This document shows, one piece after another, positions 14,401 to 25,818 of a stretch of 64,000 nt of DNA; the first letter of the stretch is position 1, and the number at the start of each line of letters is the position of its first letter. A program made the position numbers and the translations under genes. The DNA lies in contig CP154954.1 of the NCBI GenBank assembly GCA_039621445.1, positions 2,604,001 to 2,668,000 on the forward strand, in the 5' to 3' direction. This stretch comes from Euglena gracilis. Lineage: Eukaryota. Under the pieces are notes generated by a model. The model saw only the letters and a list, made by a program, of their open reading frames with translations, did not search any database and was not told the DNA's origin.

Positions 14401-15520
14401 CCATTGACTTTGGGTCAAAACCGGGTCGAAAAAGTCGAAAAAAGTCGAAAAAAATCGAAAAATTTTTTTGCCCGAAACGATGTTTTTTGGCCTCCCAGAC
14501 CCAGAAAAACTGTTTTTCAGCCGAAAACGAGCGTTTTTCGACCCGCCAGCGCCCCGTTTTGGGCCGCCGACCCATTGACTTTGGGTCAAGGTCGAAAAAG
14601 TCGAAAAAAGTCGAAAAAAATTTTTTTGCCCGAAACGATGTTTTTTGGCCTCCCGGACCCAGAAAAACTGTTTTTGAGCCGAAAACGAGCGTTTTTCGAC
14701 CCGCCAGCGCCCCGTTTTGGGCCGCCGACCCATTGACTTTGGGTCAAAACCGGGTCGAAAAAGTCGAAAAAAATCGAAAAAAATTTTTTTGCCCGAAACG
14801 ATGTTTTTTGGCCTCCCGGACCCAGAAAAACTGTTTTTGAGCCGAAAACGAGCGTTTTTCGACCCGCCAGCGCCCCGTTTTGGGCCGCCGACCCATTGAC
14901 TTTGGGTCAAAACCGGGTCGAAAAAGTCGAAAAAAATCGAAAAATTTTTTTGCCCGAAACGATGTTTTTTTGGCCTCCCAGACCCTTTTGAGCCGAAAAC
15001 GAGCGTTTTTCGACCCGCCAGCGCCCCGTTTTGGGCCGCCGACCCATTGACTTTGGGTCAAAACCGGGTCGAAAAAGTCGAAAAAAGTCGAAAAAAATTT
15101 TTTTGCCCGAAACGATGTTTTTTGGCCTCCCAGACCCAGAAAAACTGTTTTTCAGCCGAAAACGAGCGTTTTTCGACCCGCCAGCGCCCCGTTTTGGGCC
15201 GCCGACCCATTGACTTTGGGTCAAAACCGGGTCGAAAAAGTCGAAAAAATTCGAAAACATTTTTTTTGCCCGAAACGATGTTTTTTGGCCTCCCAGACCT
15301 GGAAAAACTGTTTTTCAGCCGAAAACGAGCGTTTTTCGACCCGCCAGCGCCCCGTTTTGGCCCGCCGACCCGTTGACTTTGGGTCAAAACCGGGTCGAAA
15401 AAGTCGAAAAAAATCGAAATTTTTTTTTGCCCGAAACAATGTTTTTGGGCCTCCCGGACCCGGAAAAACTGTTTTCGAGCCGAAAATGAGCCTTTTTTGA
15501 CCCACCGGCGCCCTGTTTCT
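2466..15520. repeat. Satellite array 2, ~163-bp monomer, ~80 copies
   Basis: Same monomer as array 1, highly homogeneous; most differences are homopolymer lengths. Copy number is span/163. Confidence 0.98.
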
Positions 15521-15917
15521 GGCACAAACCCCATGGATTTCAGGCAAAAGAGCTCCATGGAGTGGGCCGGTATGTATGGAGGGGTCAAAGAAGGGCCGGG
15601 TGCGCGCTTATTAAGAGCTCAGCACTATTCAAAACCTGGTCGCTGAGCTCTTATCCCTTTATGGGTTACAGCGAAGCTTACCCCTGGGGAAGGGGGGGTC
15701 AAACCCCTCCCTCCCCCCCCGCCCCCCCCCCCGGGTCGGGGCAACCAGGAGAACCGACGGAATATTACTATGATCCCGGCCCGGTTCCCGGATTTTTTTT
15801 TATCAGTCGCGAGCGACTGGATTTGTAGTTTCCGAATCACCTCCGTTTGTCCCCCAACTCCCCGCCAGGCCCGAGTTATTCACGCGCAAAGGGGTCCAAA
15901 CTGGTTAGGATTGGCCC
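15521..15917. repeat. Right flank of satellite cassette, ending at gggtccaaactggttaggattggccc
   Basis: Homologous to 1935-2267; homology stops at ~15917. Confidence 0.75.
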
Positions 15918-16177
15918 GCCATTTTGATGGTATTTCTAAAGGAAATCAACAAAGATCGCGCAGGCAGGGTCCAAATAGAGCGCGCCTCCCGCCGCTGGAG
16001 GCAGCAGTCTGCTTTAAGCGCACCCATGTTTCTAATAGGGGGGGGGGGTTATCTTCAAAAGTTTCCAAAGGTTTCTTTGTTGAGGGGGACATTTTGGGAG
16101 GCAGTCAGGGTGAAATCCCAAGGCACGGCAGCTTTTTTTTCAGGGGGGCGAAGATAATAACCACGCACAGATGATGC

Positions 16178-16228
16178 ACACACACATCTCTGACACACAT
16201 CACGCACACATGCACACACGCAAACACA

Positions 16229-16278
<50 letters not shown>
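16178..16278. repeat. (CA)n/(GA)n compound microsatellite
   Basis: Direct reading. Confidence 0.9.
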
Positions 16279-16281
<3 letters not shown>

Positions 16282-17225
16282 GTCCACTCACCACCCTGAC
16301 ACCCACAATACCACTCATATGCACACATTCACACACGCACGCAACATCACAGCACCCTGCTGGCGCAGGGACCTGAAACCGGGAATTTCAAACATAAATG
16401 CCGGCGCATGCAAGACCCAAGTTGACCCTCCCCAGTGTCGTCAAGTCGACAAGCCTGCCAGGAGCCGGCGGGGGACGTGCAGCTGCTGGAGGCGGTGCCC
16501 CTGCCCCCAGTGATGCGGATCGGGCCGACGGGGGCGAGCACGCTCACGGCCAGGGCTTGCATGCCCCCTGTGCCCCCTCCTGGTATCGATCCCCCCCCAA
16601 GCCAGGCTGAATGTTAAGACAAGACTGGCCTCACTGGGGGGGGGGGGGGGGCTGCCTGGGCAGGCACTCCAAGGCACCCAGATGCTACCATCCCCAGGGG
16701 AGGGGCATTTTGTCAAAAGCGGCACTCGACCAAAGCGCTTCCGGCGCAGAAGGAGGCCCAGAGAAGCCGATTTGGGGCGCTTTCTTGTCCAGGTGGGCAA
16801 CGACCTTCCCCCCCCCCGGGGGGAGTGCCTGCCTGCCTGCCCAGGCACTCCAGGACACCGAGACCCCCCAGGATGGTCAGAATCAGGCTGTTATGTATAT
16901 CCTTAAATTGAAGCCTGCCCCCTCCCAGGGAGCCAGCCCTACTTAAAAAGAAGCCTGATCGGGGTTTGTGGGGGGAGGGTGGAAATCAAACCCCCAACCC
17001 CCAAAAGCACAACCCCTCAAATGGGTAGGTATGTTTGGCCTGTGGCCCAAACATACTCCACTACCCACCACCCCTACCACATACCCCTACCCAACCCCCA
17101 CTCCCGCCAAGCCGAATGCCTTAAAGAAGGGGGTCCATGTTGGCAGGGAGTATGTATGGATGCATAGAAATATGTATGAATGCATGTAGGCATGCGTGCG
17201 TGCATGCATATATATACATATATAT

Positions 17226-17450
17226 GGCAGCCATAATCTACATGGCCCCCCGGGGGGGGCATGTAGATTATCCAGGGGGTCAAAATAGTTTTTTTTGCGC
17301 GACTTAGGGTTAGGCCTAACTTATAGACGGGTGTTCGGTGTACAACTTAGGCCTAACCCTAAGCCTAAGTCCATCATTAACGCAAAAAAATGGCCTCCCC
17401 CCTGGACACACTACATGGGCCCCCGGGGGGCCACGTAGATTATGGCTGCC
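17226..17450. mobile_element. Foldback MITE with GGCAGCC termini in a TA-rich site
   Basis: ggcagccataatctacatggccccc... / ...ggggggccacgtagattatggctgcc inverted repeats; inner IR ttagggttaggcctaa / ttaggcctaaccctaa; atatatat on both sides. Confidence 0.8.
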
Positions 17451-17591
17451 ATATATATAGCCACATAGCCAATTAGCGCAACATAGCCAATTAGCGCAAA
17501 TTAGCATGTGCGCACCTAACCCTGTACCTTCAATAACGGGGGTGCCCAACCCGGTGTCAAGTACTAAATTTAACACTTGCCATATATATAC

Positions 17592-17622
<31 letters not shown>

Positions 17623-17899
17623 GAATACTATATATATGCATGCATGTGTGTATGTGTGTATGTATGCCAGGTGCTTCTGCGGTCGGTCCGGACCCCTCTG
17701 GTCCAGGAGACGTCTCTTGGATGCGACTGCTGCAGAGCCCGCTTGCAAGTGCCAGAGGTGCCGGAGCCATATGCTGTGTGTGAGGGCAGGGGTGGACAAT
17801 GTAATGGCCGGGGCGTCCTCGTGTCTGGAAGCGAGGCAAGGCAATTCAAATTTTCCAACCAAAAAAAAAACACAAGCATGTAAATATCGCATGTTGTGC

Positions 17900-18678
17900 A
17901 ACCCCCCCCCCTAATAGTAGGGCATGCCCTCTACAAGAGCAGGGTCCAAATAGTAGAGCACCCCCCCTCTGGCGAAGCGAGCGCCACTACAAGAGCACCC
18001 CCCCCTGGAAAACCAATGGAAGCAGAAGCAAGGCAAGTCATTCCATGTGATTGTTGCAAGGTTTGTAACTTGCCTCAAAAAGGCAAGCTTCCCAGAGCTC
18101 AGTGGCTAAACAATTCCTCCAACCTCGGCTGCCGTTTGCGCTTGGCTGCCGGTTAAGGTGGAGGAAGGGAGGTTGAAGGGACCGGAAACAGACTGGGCCT
18201 GTGTGATGTCCACTACAAGAGCAGGGTCCAAATAAAAGAGCACCCCCCTCTGGCGAAGCGACCGTCTACTACAAGAGCACCCGCTCTACAATTGGGGGGG
18301 GGTTCAGTCCACTCATTCCACATTGCCTGCAATTTCCCACGCGTCCACCTGCAATTGCTCGAAAATTCAATCAATTTTTGGTGTTTTGGTATTTCGCCAC
18401 TTTCCCCCCCCCTTCCAAAAGGTCATCAGCTTTCTTTCTATATTCCCCCCAAAGAAGGTCAATTTTTTTTTCTGACGCTCCCGGCTGAAGGTTTTTTGTG
18501 TATTAAACATATTTTTGCCAAGATGTGCCCCCAAATGGATTGTTGGTTTCTTTCAGAAATACCATCAAAGTGGGGGGTGCGCTTGTAGCGGACCTCCGCC
18601 ATCGGCGGCAGGGGTGCGCTTTCATTTGGACATGCGCTTGTAGCGGCCCCGTGCTTCTATCACGGGGGGGGGGGGGTT
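17900..18678. mobile_element. Degenerate non-autonomous element with repeated ctacaagagcagggtccaaata...gagcacccccctctggcgaagcg modules
   Basis: Module at 17931-18005 and 18213-18290, inverted relic ~18575-18660; aaccccc.../...gggggtt ends; related piece at 15965-16050. Confidence 0.5.
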
Positions 18679-20161
18679 AAGAGAAAGTGTATCCTGTTTT
18701 TTTATTTTATTTTGAGTCCATTTCAGTTTACGGTTTTTTTTTTGGCTGGACTTTTGGGTAGGGAGCAAATCAGCTGCAATACATCTTTTTGGGATAACAT
18801 CCGCACCCTCTTGGAAACTGTCCTGCCCAGGAAGCCGTCACAGCGTCCTACTTGGGAAACTGGCCGTGGCCCCGGCACCAAATTGGACCCTTGTAGCTGA
18901 CAAGTTGGTTGATGCCGGGGAGCCTGCCAGTCTCCCAAGCGGAACCGTGTACCCGCCACTTGCTGACCTGCTGGGTGACAACATCCCCGGAAGGGGGCGG
19001 CTGCTCCGGCTGCGGCAGGTTTTGGACCCCACCCCCTTCACTGGAACGGGGGGTCCTGGCCGTCCCAGGGCGGTACAGGAATCCCCGAAACCCCATGGGT
19101 GGTGGGTTGGGGGGTTGGGGGGTGACCCCCCCCCCAGCCAGACCACCCTGTACAGCCCTGACCACCCCCCAGCGTTAACAGAATCTGTGAGAATGCTGTG
19201 GTGGGTGGGGGGTCGACCAACCCCTGACTACCCACCTTGTCGCACCCGGGCCGGCGGCCATGCGGCGCAGCGCGGCGCAGGGACTGCGCAGTGCACCCCG
19301 GGCTGTGCACCGCCGCACCGGCCCCATCCGATGCCGCGCACCGCCGGCTGTCCGGGGCTGTCCCGGCACTGGTGGCCGACCGCAAAGCGCGCCCGGGTGC
19401 CGAATTCGGCGGTGCAAGTATCCAGGGCAAGTTGAATGCTCAGGGAGGTCGGCCCGGCCCCAGGGAATGTGGATGCGAAGCACACCACAACCCCCCCCCC
19501 TGGGGGTGGAGCGCAAGGACATAAGTACCCGAGAGAGCGATTGGAAATTTTTTTCTGGGGGTGGAAAACCCCCAAAAAGAAGAAAGAAGAAACCCCAAAA
19601 CATGGGACCCACCCCCAGAAACAAGAACCCCAAAAAATAAGATCCCCCAATTTTCAACAAAAAAAAATCCAAAAGTCGTCCAACCCAAACACCAACAAAA
19701 AGGGCTTTTTTTTGGACTTTCATGTGATAAAGTTGGCAAATTTCGACATTAGTTTTGTTCATGGTGAAGAATCTTGCTTTTTGGATCTATTTTTTGGCCT
19801 CTCCCTCGGGAAGATTTTTGACCAATATTTCTTAGCAAAAATCCAGAAGGCCAACCCCCTACCCAAACGAAAGTGGACCCAAGGTGTTTTTTTTTTTGGA
19901 GGTGGATTTTGTGCACTGCAGGGCACTTTGAAATCCCCCCCCCCGAGGTTGGTCGAATTAAGCTTGGGGACCGACCCCCTCAGGGTCAGGGGAGTTTAAA
20001 AAGCATATTCAAACGTCCTCGAACGACGTTCGAGGATGCTTGTCCCACGGACATTTCATTGCAAGTTTCACAGGATTGAGGTTCATCTTTCCGTGCAAAC
20101 AGTTGCAGAATGTGAAAGGATTTGTTTGCACAACAAAAGGGAGTTGCGCACACGGCAAATG

Positions 20162-20603
20162 TAAACCTCCCCCCCCCCCATTTAGAACGACAACCCATCT
20201 GATAACGAACCACCCCCATTTATAACGACCCATCCTGGAATTTCCACCAAAAAAAGAAATATAACGACCCATGGTTGACAAAGAGCAAAAGGCATGGGTA
20301 AGATGATGCATCTCACGTGAGAGTGTCCAGGCTCACCAGTGTTTACTTGAAGTATGAGCGGATCGACCGCTGCTTGGACGGGGGCGTGTTTAGGGTCATC
20401 ACTGTCGGACTCCTCAAGCTCAGCAGTGCCACACACAAAGCCAGCAAGCCAGCATGGTAGAAAGCGTGTCAGACATAGCTGCGGTAAGGAAAACAACAAA
20501 GCCCCCCTTTGATAACGACCCCCCATTTATAACGACCCCCTCTGGATTTTCCACCAACTGAAAAGTCAGATAACGACCCGTCGTTATATTCAGGGGGGGG
20601 TTT
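20162..20603. mobile_element. Degenerate MITE-like element with repeated ATAACGACC motifs
   Basis: Motif clusters at 20185-20270 and 20510-20590; aaacc(C)n.../...(G)nttt ends. Confidence 0.45.
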
Positions 20604-23085
20604 AACACAATGTTAGGATTTATTTTCATTTCTATGAAGGAGGATGCTCGCATCCAGGCTTGTGCTTTGTCGGCTTGTGCAAAAATTTATCAAAAATGAA
20701 AAAATTTTGGCCCAAGCAGCCGAAATGAAAATTTTCACTTTTAAGAGGGAGACCCAATACCTCCCAGTCAACGGACTTTTTTTGGACCCCTTGTCTCACG
20801 ACCGATCCCTTTTTGGTGGAAACCAACATCCAACGACCACCTCCCAATCAGAGGACAGAAATAAATAATTGAATCTGAGGGATTTGGTGTGATGTCACAG
20901 CTCCGAAAGACAGGGTGGAAGAAATCTGTCCCAGGGTGCTCTTAACAATATCTGCAGAAAATTGCTGTTTCCACGGGGGGTGCCAACGACAGGCTGTGTC
21001 TTGGACGGGGGGTACCCTCCTATGTCCAACGACAGTATGCCCCACATCACGGTTGCCACTCACCGGCACCCATAATTGGACATGGGAAGGGCTAACGTCC
21101 ACCACCAGCACCACCAATCATGATTCGATTTGCATGGCCAGATCCTCGCCTGTTCGCCATTTCTCCGTTGATTACATACTCAGCTTTCGTGCCACGGCTT
21201 AGTCTATGTTCCTGGTTGTAGATCGCGTGGGTCACCTTTGGTTGCCCCATCCCCTCTCGCTCAACTTCCACACCTCCATCTGTGCTGTAGACATTGTGGG
21301 CTTGCGATCCCGTGCACTATTTCAACACCAACCCTCCGGGATTCTATGCCGAAGATAATGTCTCCCCCCCACGGTTCCAGAAAATTGCCAGAATCCGTGG
21401 TGCTGGTGAATCTCATATTATTGGAAGCTTTTAGGGACCCTGGCCCGAGCCGACCCCCCTGTGAGAGCGACGGACGATCGTAACCTGCCCTATTTTTCGA
21501 CACCTCCAAATTATTTGTTGTTTGTTTATGACACTCCAGGTGCCTGACTTAGCAAAAGGCACAAATGGCAGAGGGGATTTTCGCCACGCAGCAGCCTCCT
21601 TCCTGGATTACAACAAAGGGAGTAAGTCATATCAGAACCAGCTTCTTTTTGCTTTTGTTTTTTTATTTTTTGTTGGTATATCCAACAGGATCGGAAAATG
21701 TAAAATAAGAAACATTGTGTAGACGTTGATACTGTTGATAATTTTTTTTTAACCCTTGAAAATCAAGGTTGAAAACGATCTCCGTTTTTCAAATCTGATT
21801 GCCCCGGGGAAAATGGATTTATCGGAAATTCCCTGTGCAGGCTGGGGTGTGTTGTGTTTTGTCAAACTCTGCGTTCTTTAACCTCCATCATAATTTGAAT
21901 TCAATATCTGTTTGTGTCCCATTTCCTTTCGATACAGAAGGGTGCAACCCACAAATTTTTGAAAAACGATTACAAGATTAGGTTTGGGAGTTTTTTTTTC
22001 CACAACTGGGTATTTTTCGTCACCCGGGGGGCAAAAAAAATGCCTTTTATGCAAAAATATCACCCGAGTTATTCCCGAGGGAACCCGAGGACCCCCCCCC
22101 CACGGAACAGCCTTGGGGCGCACCCCCCCCCCCGGCAATATCCCCTCCTCAGCTCGGGTTCCACTTTTTGTTTTGCGATGTTCAGCAAAAACGTGCAATT
22201 TTTAAGCATATTTGTTTTTTGTTTTTGTCAATTTTTTTGGCATTTTAGTTCCTTTTATATCACCAACAATGCAATGGGTTTTTGTGTCATTTTTTTCCAA
22301 ATTCAGATTTTTTCGAATGTCCTTTCCGGGTTAATTGGTAATGTTTTTTGTTGACTTCTTCTTTTCCTGGGCTTTGAGGGAAATTTCAACACCTCCTTGG
22401 GCATGGATGTTCAGTTTCAAAGAAATATCCTAGATAAATCAAGAGTTCTGACTTCCAGATACTATTGGTGATTTCCAAAAAACAGCTGCAAGCAGATTGC
22501 ATCTTTCCCCCTCGGCGCATGGATTTACAAAGCTGAGCAGTCAAATTTCGCTGCAGAAATGGAAAACGCAACGGGCTGGGCTGCAGCTGCCTTCGCGCTG
22601 TGCGGAGGAACTGCCGGAGGGTCTCGGACTCCTAAAACAAAAACGAAGAAATAGTGCGTACCTCCTCCGGAATACCAAAATTATTTTTTGCGGCAAACAG
22701 GGGTTTTTATAAGATGGTGTGAAGCCCCCCCCCCCCCTGGGTGGGGGGCCACCCCTTTGGAGAGGGTCCAGGGGAACCAACCAAATTTCCCAAGAACGAA
22801 CCGAAAAATCACAAAATGCCCAAAATAGCACCTTTTTCAAAAACATTCTCGGCGCTGAAAAGAATATCCCGGACCCCACCCCCCTGTTCCCTGGGGTCCA
22901 AGAATATATGAAAAAACGCCTTTGCGGCAAAATGTTGCACTTTTTCGGGGACAAATTTTGCAAGCCCCTTTTTCCGTGAACGAAGAAAAAAATCTTCTTC
23001 AAAACCCAAGCCATGCTTTTGCTTACCGACCGGGGGGGTGCTATAAAGTGCCCGCCCCTGGAAGGCACCCCCGGGGGGGGGCAGG

Positions 23086-23789
23086 CAGGGATGTATGGGA
23101 AGCCTTGGGGGGGGGGGGGCCGGACCCCCCCTCCCGACACATTGGGGGGGGGGGGGGGCGGTGGGTCGGACCCCCCTCCTACCTCGAAACTGAGGGGGGC
23201 CGAAAATTTTTCGATTTCATCGTCGATCAAAAGGGGGTGGGCAGGGTTGGATGGGAAGCCCTTCGGTATTGAGGTGGGTGGTAGGGGGGGTCCCGACCAC
23301 CCCCCCAGGGGGGTAAGGTGGTGGGGGGGTCTGTACCACCCCCCTAGACGTTGGGAGGGGAGGTTCTGACCACCCCAGCCAACCCTCCTTGACAGGTGCA
23401 AAAATAGCAGAAAATTTTCTTCGGGCGCTGCGCTCCGGAAAATGAGGGGAAAAAAACACCCCTTTTGCTGACTTTTGGACACATGGCCCATTTTTTGATG
23501 TGTTGGTGTTTTCCCCAAATAATTGTTCAAAAAATTTCAAAAAATGAGCATTTTTGGATCGATTTCAAAAAAAATTCTGGCACTCTTGGCCGGGTTCTTG
23601 GCCGATTTCGACCCGATTTCCGGCCCTTTTCCCGCCCATCAAATCGAAAAATTTTCGGCCCCCCCCTCTGTTTCGAGGTAGGGGGTCGGACCCACCCCCC
23701 AACATGGCTTCCCATCCATCCCTGGGGGGGGTTGGTCAGGACCCCCCTACCACCTACCGCAATGCCGAAGGGCTTCCCATCCATCCCTG
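23086..23789. mobile_element. hAT-type MITE with duplicated left end
   Basis: TIR cagggatgtatgggaagcc / gggcttcccatccatccctg; second left end at 23242; flanks ggggcagg / agggcagg (7/8 TSD). Confidence 0.7.
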
Positions 23790-23949
23790 AGGGCAGGTGT
23801 CCGGCGGGGCCCGGAAAATTTTCATTAAAAGTGCCCCGACGTCTTTAGGGGGTGCTTGCTATGGGCAGGCCCCGAAAATCCCTCGGAAAGCTAAAGGGTG
23901 CCTGCCCCTTCCAACCCCCCCGTGGGCAGGCAAAGCCCGACAAAGCACA

Positions 23950-24206
23950 GGTACTTATCTGTTAGCGTACGACGGACCCGGCCTTTCGGTTATGGTCCGA
24001 CACCCAGTTTCTGGGTTATTTAGGGCTGTTTTAAGGAATAGGGCTCGGTGCGCACAAGGCCATGTAGCGCTACAAGGCCGTGTGCCATGTGGCCCAACAT
24101 GCGTGTGCGAACCTAACCCTATTCCTTAAAATAACCCTAAAATAACCCAAAAAATGTCGTACCATAACCGAAAGGGGGGTCCGTTGTACGATAACAGATA
24201 AGTACC
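23950..24206. mobile_element. Foldback MITE, Merlin-like (GG termini, 8-bp TSD)
   Basis: TIR ggtacttatctgttagcgtacgacggaccc / gggtccgttgtacgataacagataagtacc, pairing extends ~100 bp; exact TSD aaagcaca at 23942-23949 and 24207-24214. Confidence 0.85.
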
Positions 24207-24610
24207 AAAGCACAAGCCTATTGGAGTGAGCTACGGGAAACGGGTATCCAGAACTGTGTTCAGCAGATTTTTTGCTAAGGAATTACTTGTGTCCAAAATG
24301 CAAGGTCCACAAAAGAGATAAAGAGAATTTATTGTTTTTCCATGTGGAAAACTTCTGTTTCCTGACACTTTCGTTGAAATGCATGGTGTGAGGAGAAATT
24401 TAGGTTGGCTTTTTATCACAGAAAAGAATTATTCCTCCCGCACTGCACTGAAATTTCGAAATAAGCCTGGTCAAAGCTAGTTCTAGCATCCACACGTCCA
24501 TTGTCCACCACAAAACGTGGTGCATTTCCAACAATAAAATGGGAGGAGCAACAGGATTTGGAACAAGACGAACAGTGAGAGTTGGAATGACCACTGGAGG
24601 ATTGTGGCTT

Positions 24611-25168
24611 TCAAGTGGATTCCGTGTTAACGATTAGCGAACAGCATCTGTTGGTTTTAATCGGATTTTTGCTCCGGCTGTGCTTCTGCTTCTCTTTTTC
24701 TTCTTCTTCTTTACATTTCAGGCACAAATTGGTTGACAGGTGGGTTGTGGCAATTAGTGCTAAAGTTGCGCAACCTGATCCAAAACCGATCCCTGCGAGA
24801 AAGAGTTCCATGTCCGAGAGCTCCATTTCGGCAATGATAATGAAGCCAAAGAGTACAAGTCCAAAAATGCCAACTGTGATAATGATAACCTTCCCAGAGG
24901 CAAGTTTCGCTCCTGTGGAACAGAATGGTGGACATAAAACGTCGTGGGCAACCTTGGGGTGGTAAGATAGAAACACTATGAGGAAAACCAAGATGATTCC
25001 CAGCATCACCATGTTGTACGTCTCACATAAAGGAAATATGACTTGGCCAGATGAAGATTCCTTCACTGCACGTAGGAACGTTCGTTCCTGAATAATGTGT
25101 AATATGTAATGTGTAATTTCATAGGATGTCCAGACCATTGACGGGGAAATAAATCTCGAGATTTCCAA
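24611..25168 (-). CDS. Hypothetical hydrophobic (possibly multi-pass membrane) protein
   Basis: 185-aa ORF with ~3 hydrophobic stretches (MVMLGIILVFLIVFL; IIITVGIFGLVLFGFIIIA; LFLAGIGFGSGCATLALIA) and a charged tail. No family recognised; start uncertain. Confidence 0.3.
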   Translation of the reverse strand: MEISRFISPSMVWTSYEITHYILHIIQERTFLRAVKESSSGQVIFPLCETYNMVMLGIILVFLIVFLSYHPKVAHDVLCPPFCSTGAKLASGKVIIITVGIFGLVLFGFIIIAEMELSDMELFLAGIGFGSGCATLALIATTHLSTNLCLKCKEEEEKEKQKHSRSKNPIKTNRCCSLIVNTEST

Positions 25169-25239
25169 CTGCGGACCGTTGCTGAGGGTGATTCGTCTGC
25201 CGGGAATTCTTAATTGCCTGGGGAGAAGTCTTTAGCCGT

Positions 25240-25576
25240 CGGGGCGGCCGAAATCTTGGCCTCCGCACGCTTGACAGCCCTGCGAAAGGTAAAGCACCCT
25301 GCACAAGTCAACGAAGCCGGTAACTTGCTACTTCCACCCTTGGACCCGGAACACGAAGGAACAAGGCCGATCGCGTCAGGAGAGTGTCCACGCAGATTGG
25401 TCGGAAAGGTGCTGATGAGACAACCCGCGGTTCGCAAGTTCACTGCAGAAGGAATGCCCGGACAATTTGGGGTGGGTTGCCGCGACGCTTGTGGCTTGAT
25501 TGGAATGGGGCTGCAACACCTCGTAACCACCCTAAGTAGCACACAGGCCGCTGATTGGGGCGTGCTACAGCTAGAC
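25240..25576 (+). pseudogene. CRE-1 RT, N-terminal part
   Basis: ARLTALRK...TRPIASGECPRRLVGKVL...GQFGVG...WGVLQLD; continues as FSNAFN after 30225. Confidence 0.9.
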
Positions 25577-25596
25577 CATTCGGGCTCCGCACTGCG

Positions 25597-25698
25597 AGAT
25601 GGTGAGGTGAGGTCCTGCTTTCCTTGCCGGCTGTTCTGTTCTGTGTTTGTTCGTGCGCGGGGGGGTGCTTCTTACTGCTTTTTGTTGCCGGAGTTGGC
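25597..25698 (+). repeat. DIRS left inverted terminal repeat (left extension 25573-25596)
   Basis: agatggtgaggtgaggtcctgctttcc...gttgccggagttggc is the near-perfect reverse complement of 30064-30165. Confidence 0.9.
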
Positions 25699-25818
25699 TG
25701 ATTCCTATTTCTGCCCTTCGACCTCAAGGAGAAAGAATTTCAACACTACGAGTGCGGTCAATACTGAAGACAAAGACATTCAAAAATCAAACACGTGTTC
25801 AACGGAATTCAATGAAAG

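Larger units (their letters stand above)
16430..19415 (+). other. Possible scattered short exons of an unidentified host gene (e.g. 18897-19018 ADKLVDAGEPASLPSGTVYPPLADLLGDNIPGRGRLLRLRQ)
   Basis: GC-rich blocks with AG/GT-like borders (ttgtag|ctgac...cggcag|gtttt; gtccag|gtgggc at 16792). No recognisable domain; strand of 16430-16560 ambiguous. Confidence 0.25.

Noticed and set aside
505-15520. CRISPR array, SL RNA or 5S rDNA array
   Set aside because: No unique spacers, no cas genes, and no SL or 5S sequence that I recognise.
156-15588. Dozens of ORFs (up to 604 aa) across the satellite
   Set aside because: They are translations of a stop-poor 163-bp repeat, with frames set by homopolymer lengths.
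17304-17362. Telomere (TTAGGG)
   Set aside because: Only 1-2 units, inside MITE arms.
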